Assembly (NCBI GenBank): GCA_963676565.1
Contig: OY781089.1
Location: 768,001 to 832,000 of the forward strand
From: Halarcobacter sp.
GTDB taxonomy: Bacteria > Campylobacterota > Campylobacteria > Campylobacterales > Arcobacteraceae
Length of the DNA: 64,000 bases
Direction of reading: 5' to 3'
Shown: one piece after another, positions 63,301 to 64,000 of the stretch
Numbering within the stretch: position 1 is the first letter of the stretch
How the letters are laid out: the number at the start of each line of letters is the position of its first letter
Position numbers and translations under genes: made by a program
Notes under the pieces: generated by a model
What the model was told of the DNA's origin: nothing
The model's input: the letters and a program-made list of their open reading frames with translations, nothing else
Databases searched by the model: none

Positions 63301-64000
63301 ATAGTGATACAAAAGCTCTTGATATTCAAGAAGTAAATGATGACCCAACTATGGTTCAACCAGCTACAATTTACTATACCGATACTCCTACAGTAGATGA
63401 TTTTAGTGATGAGAGCGGAACTTTAATTGCAAATGATGTAGATACAAATACCACATTTACTTATGATATCACAGGTTCAACTGACAACGGTAATGGAACA
63501 GTATCTTTAGTTGGGGATAATGGAATATTAACTTTAAATAAAACTACTGGAGCTTATACATTTACTGTGAACGATAATGCAATAAATGCTTTAGGTGAAA
63601 GTATAATTGAGACATTTACTGTAACTGCATCTGATGGTGATGGTGGAGTTGTTACTAAAACAGTAATTGTAGATATAACAGCAGTTAATGATGGACCTAT
63701 TTTAGGTGGAGCAAAACCAGGTGATACAAGTGGTGATACATATGGTGCTTACACTCCAGTTTCATATACAGAAAACTCTTCTGCTGTTGCAATTGATCCA
63801 ACAATAACTGTAACTGACCCAGAGAGTAAAAGTTATGCTGATGGGCAATTAAAAATTAGTGTAATAGGAAATAAAAGTGCAGGAGATATGTTATCTTTAG
63901 TCTCTACTGGTGGAATTAGTGTTGATGGTACAGATGTACTTTATGGTGCTTCTGTAATTGGTTCAATTGATTCAAATTATGATGGAACAAATGGAACTGA
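51354..64000 (+). CDS. Giant repetitive adhesin-like protein (>4200 aa, incomplete): LEPR-XLL motif, DUF4347, cadherin/Ig-like and VCBS-like repeats, two LamG domains, C-type lectin domain
   Basis: ATG at 51354 gives MAKRRSQKRKPLISALEPRILFDG; DUF4347 motifs HILSHG, LLLYGCNVA, ADVAASDDITG, GDWDLE; many VNDAP repeats; frame spot-checked at 56142, 57921, 58620, 60360; missing from the ORF track, consistent with no stop in the window. Confidence 0.92.
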   Translation, partial: MAKRRSQKRKPLISALEPRILFDGAAIATAVDVLDNTSFTNDNTDTSIANDATQDTVEVPATQTFERDRKEVAFVDTTVADYETLVEGIDSNIEVFEISSTNEIETILKNLEDVDAVHILSHGNTGEITIGDEVISSDTLSQFEDVMNLLKTSLTQNGDLLLYGCNVASDGEGQEFIDEIASLTQADVAASDDITGSAQLNGDWDLEVESGEIETDEIVIENYDNKLASVSTFTVVDGPSSTPLTIADSSSLKIGIMGTYTSPLATFYTDEGFDVTSFSTSTALDQITLTDYDFFVIDLPIDEFTSAEVTAGTNFLNTGGRFLLIGEHSGFADQNTRISNFVANLGGALSITSASFAGLADDTVGNLNFTDSNINAGVDQMDYNAASYVNIDPDISEAVVVDESNNILVGDQAIGLGRITLMADVNPYASELNDGDNKIWFRNIAIDSATNRDIVTNGGNPNDGFGINAAASIAEDTDKADFVASDFSVSGSTANAIQITSAPTNGILLYSGSALIYTSGIATITSFDATLLTYTPDANYNGTDSFSWAGSTDGGTNYTASSATVSITIDPVNDKPTASNNTLTVYEEHPYTFSASNFGFSDIDGDTLSSVLIANTNISNGTLELTGGVNTGVITSTEVSVSKADIDAGYLVFTSNTDYHGTGDYFRFKVNDGTENSGSYYNMFLNVTNTNDAPSIINTDTTPTFIEDSNKTTITSTPVNIVNTSDFVLSDYENDGISTIKIQVENISDSGEEYLNIDGSKIDITTASSSTTATNGYSYSVTISGTTATLTLTTAPSVLLANATGFIKSVTYQNDADVPTTNLDRVVSLSLVDDGGVANSGNNTSAFEKVSDITISASDDNPEAYNMTAQIGPNSQRTFAEFVPQFDDVDGVNMVGHPNYDSNGDQPYQMEILSLPTTGTFEVYDYANGSGVDDKTDPSNWITISDISAMTTTSTYTLVDGRFVISMADLDNYRYNAGNNSNTTTSISWRVMTSGDTNDSTGWSNSASGLITIIDSASNAAPSVVSFVDTANTTISDGGTFTIPENGTANDLTKLTMVFSDDYTPEDYIDVVITSSDNSIIDPANIVENKSTTTTSGDTRTFNIVPVSDATGTVTLTFTMSDGDKTTTYDVDVVVNENPEIYNPGSVLTVPDINSYVEIANSAELQVQTYTYSIWVKPDTISSQWQPLIMKASDSGLVATRNFSMWIRPDSLQLHNTFFNTQTNSQVHIDTDSSHQLTQNEWNLITATYDGATLKTYINGDLAASIATTGTPINDSSSLFIGGLPNGYSTLGAFSGDIAEVSIYNDALTDVEIKDTMKTQLTGSEDNLVYYTRFTTDSNGDIVDLTATNNSGVLNGNADVSKQVDLDKNTSYSTFTSTDFSTNFLYTDAENDSFAGVKVVTIPSNGTLELSGVAVSAADVISSADIANLVYTPDVDFYGTDSFSYQAQDDVGGFSNTALFDLTVNYVDTDPKIMGTTTLSVDEDSGATTISGFTVTDYYGSNGLGDHTLTAKVVATNGVLAIATAGSTTVVGNGTNTVTITGTAAQIQSAVNTLSYTPDAEYSGTDPLDISIKDDTIGGDWKSYFASETGKFYNPNNGHYYEYVSVSSGISWTDAKIAAEKSTLYGLQGYLANVSTQAENDYVKSLLGGTGWFGANDLETEGSWVWAGGPEEGLAVPLNPDVSWDPWNSGEPNDHGSGEDAGQYRDDGTWNDLPTSYKLNGYVVEYGGFKNDTALEAAQLIVTVNGVNDAPIITATGVDGGANPEYIENDDPITLLDNVVITDADNTTLKNATVSISNNFTPGDILSFTNDGSTMGNIEGSYDATTGELTLVSPSYGDSFVFDGNDDYIDIGTIDNLSGSFSMEASVKVSDNTQNWARIFDLGQGSENDNIFFGFAGSTGKITIAIYDDQNGNFNGIETVNTLDENAWVHVAGVSNGDGTFSIYFDGVEQDVTIKSGSTTSLVSNSVSRDSSYIGKSNWSADADFAGEIKEARIWNDVRSEAEIKANMNQALDLNDSSNDNLLGYWTTSTNGNTVLDLSGNSNDGTLQGDTSISYNGTGTATIQEWENALKSIEFSSTSFNPGTQKDISWSVDDGQTVDNVSNVETTTIDIKELYSEQETNYLAIDSTIDLSSFSGNYAGEYIDFKISDETSTESLGFLTSSTPSTVNGDVTIVGNSVYLGNGSSANVIGQVDNTLNGQNGNNLRINFAVDFVNGDFNSTTTSSGLLSSTKGQTITIDGWNIYNGRVDFGSDTIAGLAIPEDNVWPSTTQGTDVGRDSNTITEDKGWQTYLNEDANGDTSIKMYSKMVTQDGYTIIRGPYIYSDTSVSLQAGDSVQFDWKAEGGDDAYDVFGYIVNVNDDTDYQIILNETGARASSSTSWATENVTVDSAGEYKFVFVSGSWDATGGTWLGAQLYIDDVKVTQQAPSSGLDYTVLESIAQKVTYTDSSDLTYENALGNRTIEITAPKVATSFDTDKPVASFSSDSGVVTITFDEALNAGDELSESDISVANGTLSNFTKVSNTQYTVEVTKDSGYTGDLTLVLAANSVTDTDSSPLQNVQQTFVIKDNIDLTSDANWVKLLYGNQYDYFDDVQANRTGTDLVGDDDHVLLSTQYNSSTDELAFRFRQESSSDAGGIFYLLGVDGTGNGALDFFVGVDIDNKGVATVDFYEAGNGGNYSPSTTSFSKYSTPTTYEVDVSAASDGDDIDGDGNVDGIISFKLDGTSFVNFANGAGGLTGYTINDQVNFMLLTATQTNSINGDIGGVDGNSSKISYADMGAFKPIVFSGDSSGENKATFTFDKMEVNDQISLDAVSSINYVDTDGVDNFTSQGGTITSSDVDANTTPVYSVDGGTVNGTTFTKVGDYGTLTLDSSTGVYTYEPNDSVIDALSESTSESFTLRVSDDNPNGLSTVDTKTLTINITAVNDSPLLGGNSNSVTFTENGSKVLIDSTITISDQEGESYDGGYLFIKNLTNGENSDQLVVTEIGGITLSGSDILYAGTVIGTIDSTYNGVDGKDLKINFNTDAYSVQVQALAQAIAFDNATDDISSDARTYQIQVNDGGEPTPRYSTKDITVNIDAINDLPVISLDSNVYEVEKVISTNPDGTMNLSGISLSDADHSTLTVTFETSNYGTLTFNESASGGITTGDITNNGTSSVTVTSTIAKINATLANAQGLTFIAGTTNDIITPGATSLQITAVDAESGQDVSTKQIIVLPAVPNAYSGNIIENEDTEVSVNLESLIDDVNGTNRGITIGTGTADVDLNLDGDTLDTNEVAGSITPLDVSKEILDNNGKLIGYQLTNGRLVVTEATLEDANPSFNFIYTPDTAGWSGTENFVYQYSSDGKTSLIAEINIVVLAVNDAPTITLSNGNAEAIDEDTTLVFEGSKAITLADLDDTGSETFDLTLSVSNGKLDLTQTTGLTFIQGNDGTGKIKVTGTLSDLQAAIDTLSYTPNAEYNGSDNLVITFNDKGNIGQGDVLEDTQTIAITINPINDAPTIQSYVDINITDGSGASIIDDTYVNYLKVSDVDTANLTYKIDNDGSEDVDVNGDVTNNSNLVDSKVGTYGTLEIDPTTGKYTFTPDKTAISALSDDAVESFVLDVFDGTTHKQVTININITADAQTASTYTEQDPATLVLQDTTIDTNESYGGGFIEFEVSSPEATEIISLEKVTTADTTDGVISIVGSTIFLGDGTTAAAIGQIDGTYNGEDGEKLRINFSVDFTNGDFNATTTSNGLLSSTKGQTVSIDGWNIYNGRVDFGSDTIAGLTIPEDTVWPSTTQGSDVGRDSNTITQDKGWMTYLNPDTSTDSSIKMYSKMVTQDGYTIVRGPYIYSDSSVSLQAGDSISFDWKAEGGDDAYDVFGYIVNVNDDTDYQVILNETGANASSETNWATVSQTVDSAGEYKFVFVSGSWDATGGTWLGAQLYIDDVKVTQANPSSGIDSSVLEKIAQKVTYENIGDLTATNDVQNKTITITTSSGDNTPVVHSDTKALDIQEVNDDPTMVQPATIYYTDTPTVDDFSDESGTLIANDVDTNTTFTYDITGSTDNGNGTVSLVGDNGILTLNKTTGAYTFTVNDNAINALGESIIETFTVTASDGDGGVVTKTVIVDITAVNDGPILGGAKPGDTSGDTYGAYTPVSYTENSSAVAIDPTITVTDPESKSYADGQLKISVIGNKSAGDMLSLVSTGGISVDGTDVLYGASVIGSIDSNYDGTNGT
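57975..58690 (+). repeat. Intragenic direct repeat, copy A
   Basis: Close nucleotide match to 62499-63214 at constant offset 4524 (e.g. GGATTATTAAGTTCAACAAAAGGTCAAACA at 58026 and 62550). Confidence 0.9.
62499..63214 (+). repeat. Intragenic direct repeat, copy B
   Basis: Paralog of 57975-58690. Confidence 0.9.

Overview
AT-rich bacterial chromosomal window whose gene content (purT-dapF-coaE, hisZ-purA-DUF507-carA, fused ispDF, HDOD protein) points to Campylobacterota, probably Arcobacteraceae (inference). In order it holds: a partial 7TM-DISM histidine kinase; a TRAP transporter / HpxW-like Ntn-hydrolase / TauE operon with a long structured leader; two tandem paralogous unannotated small-RNA units flanking a 66-aa ORF; housekeeping genes; a complete guanidine assimilation operon (ABC importer, cgdAB, guanidine carboxylase, split allophanate hydrolase, gdx) carrying both a guanidine-I and an internal guanidine-II riboswitch; a MarR/YceI/DODA/ARH/pirin stress cluster with three copies of a palindromic operator; a thiamine salvage cluster with an internal TPP riboswitch; and a TolC + adaptor + giant (>4200 aa, truncated by the window) LEPR-XLL/DUF4347 adhesin with lectin-like modules inserted into its stalk repeats. 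All calls come from reading the sequence; no searches were run.
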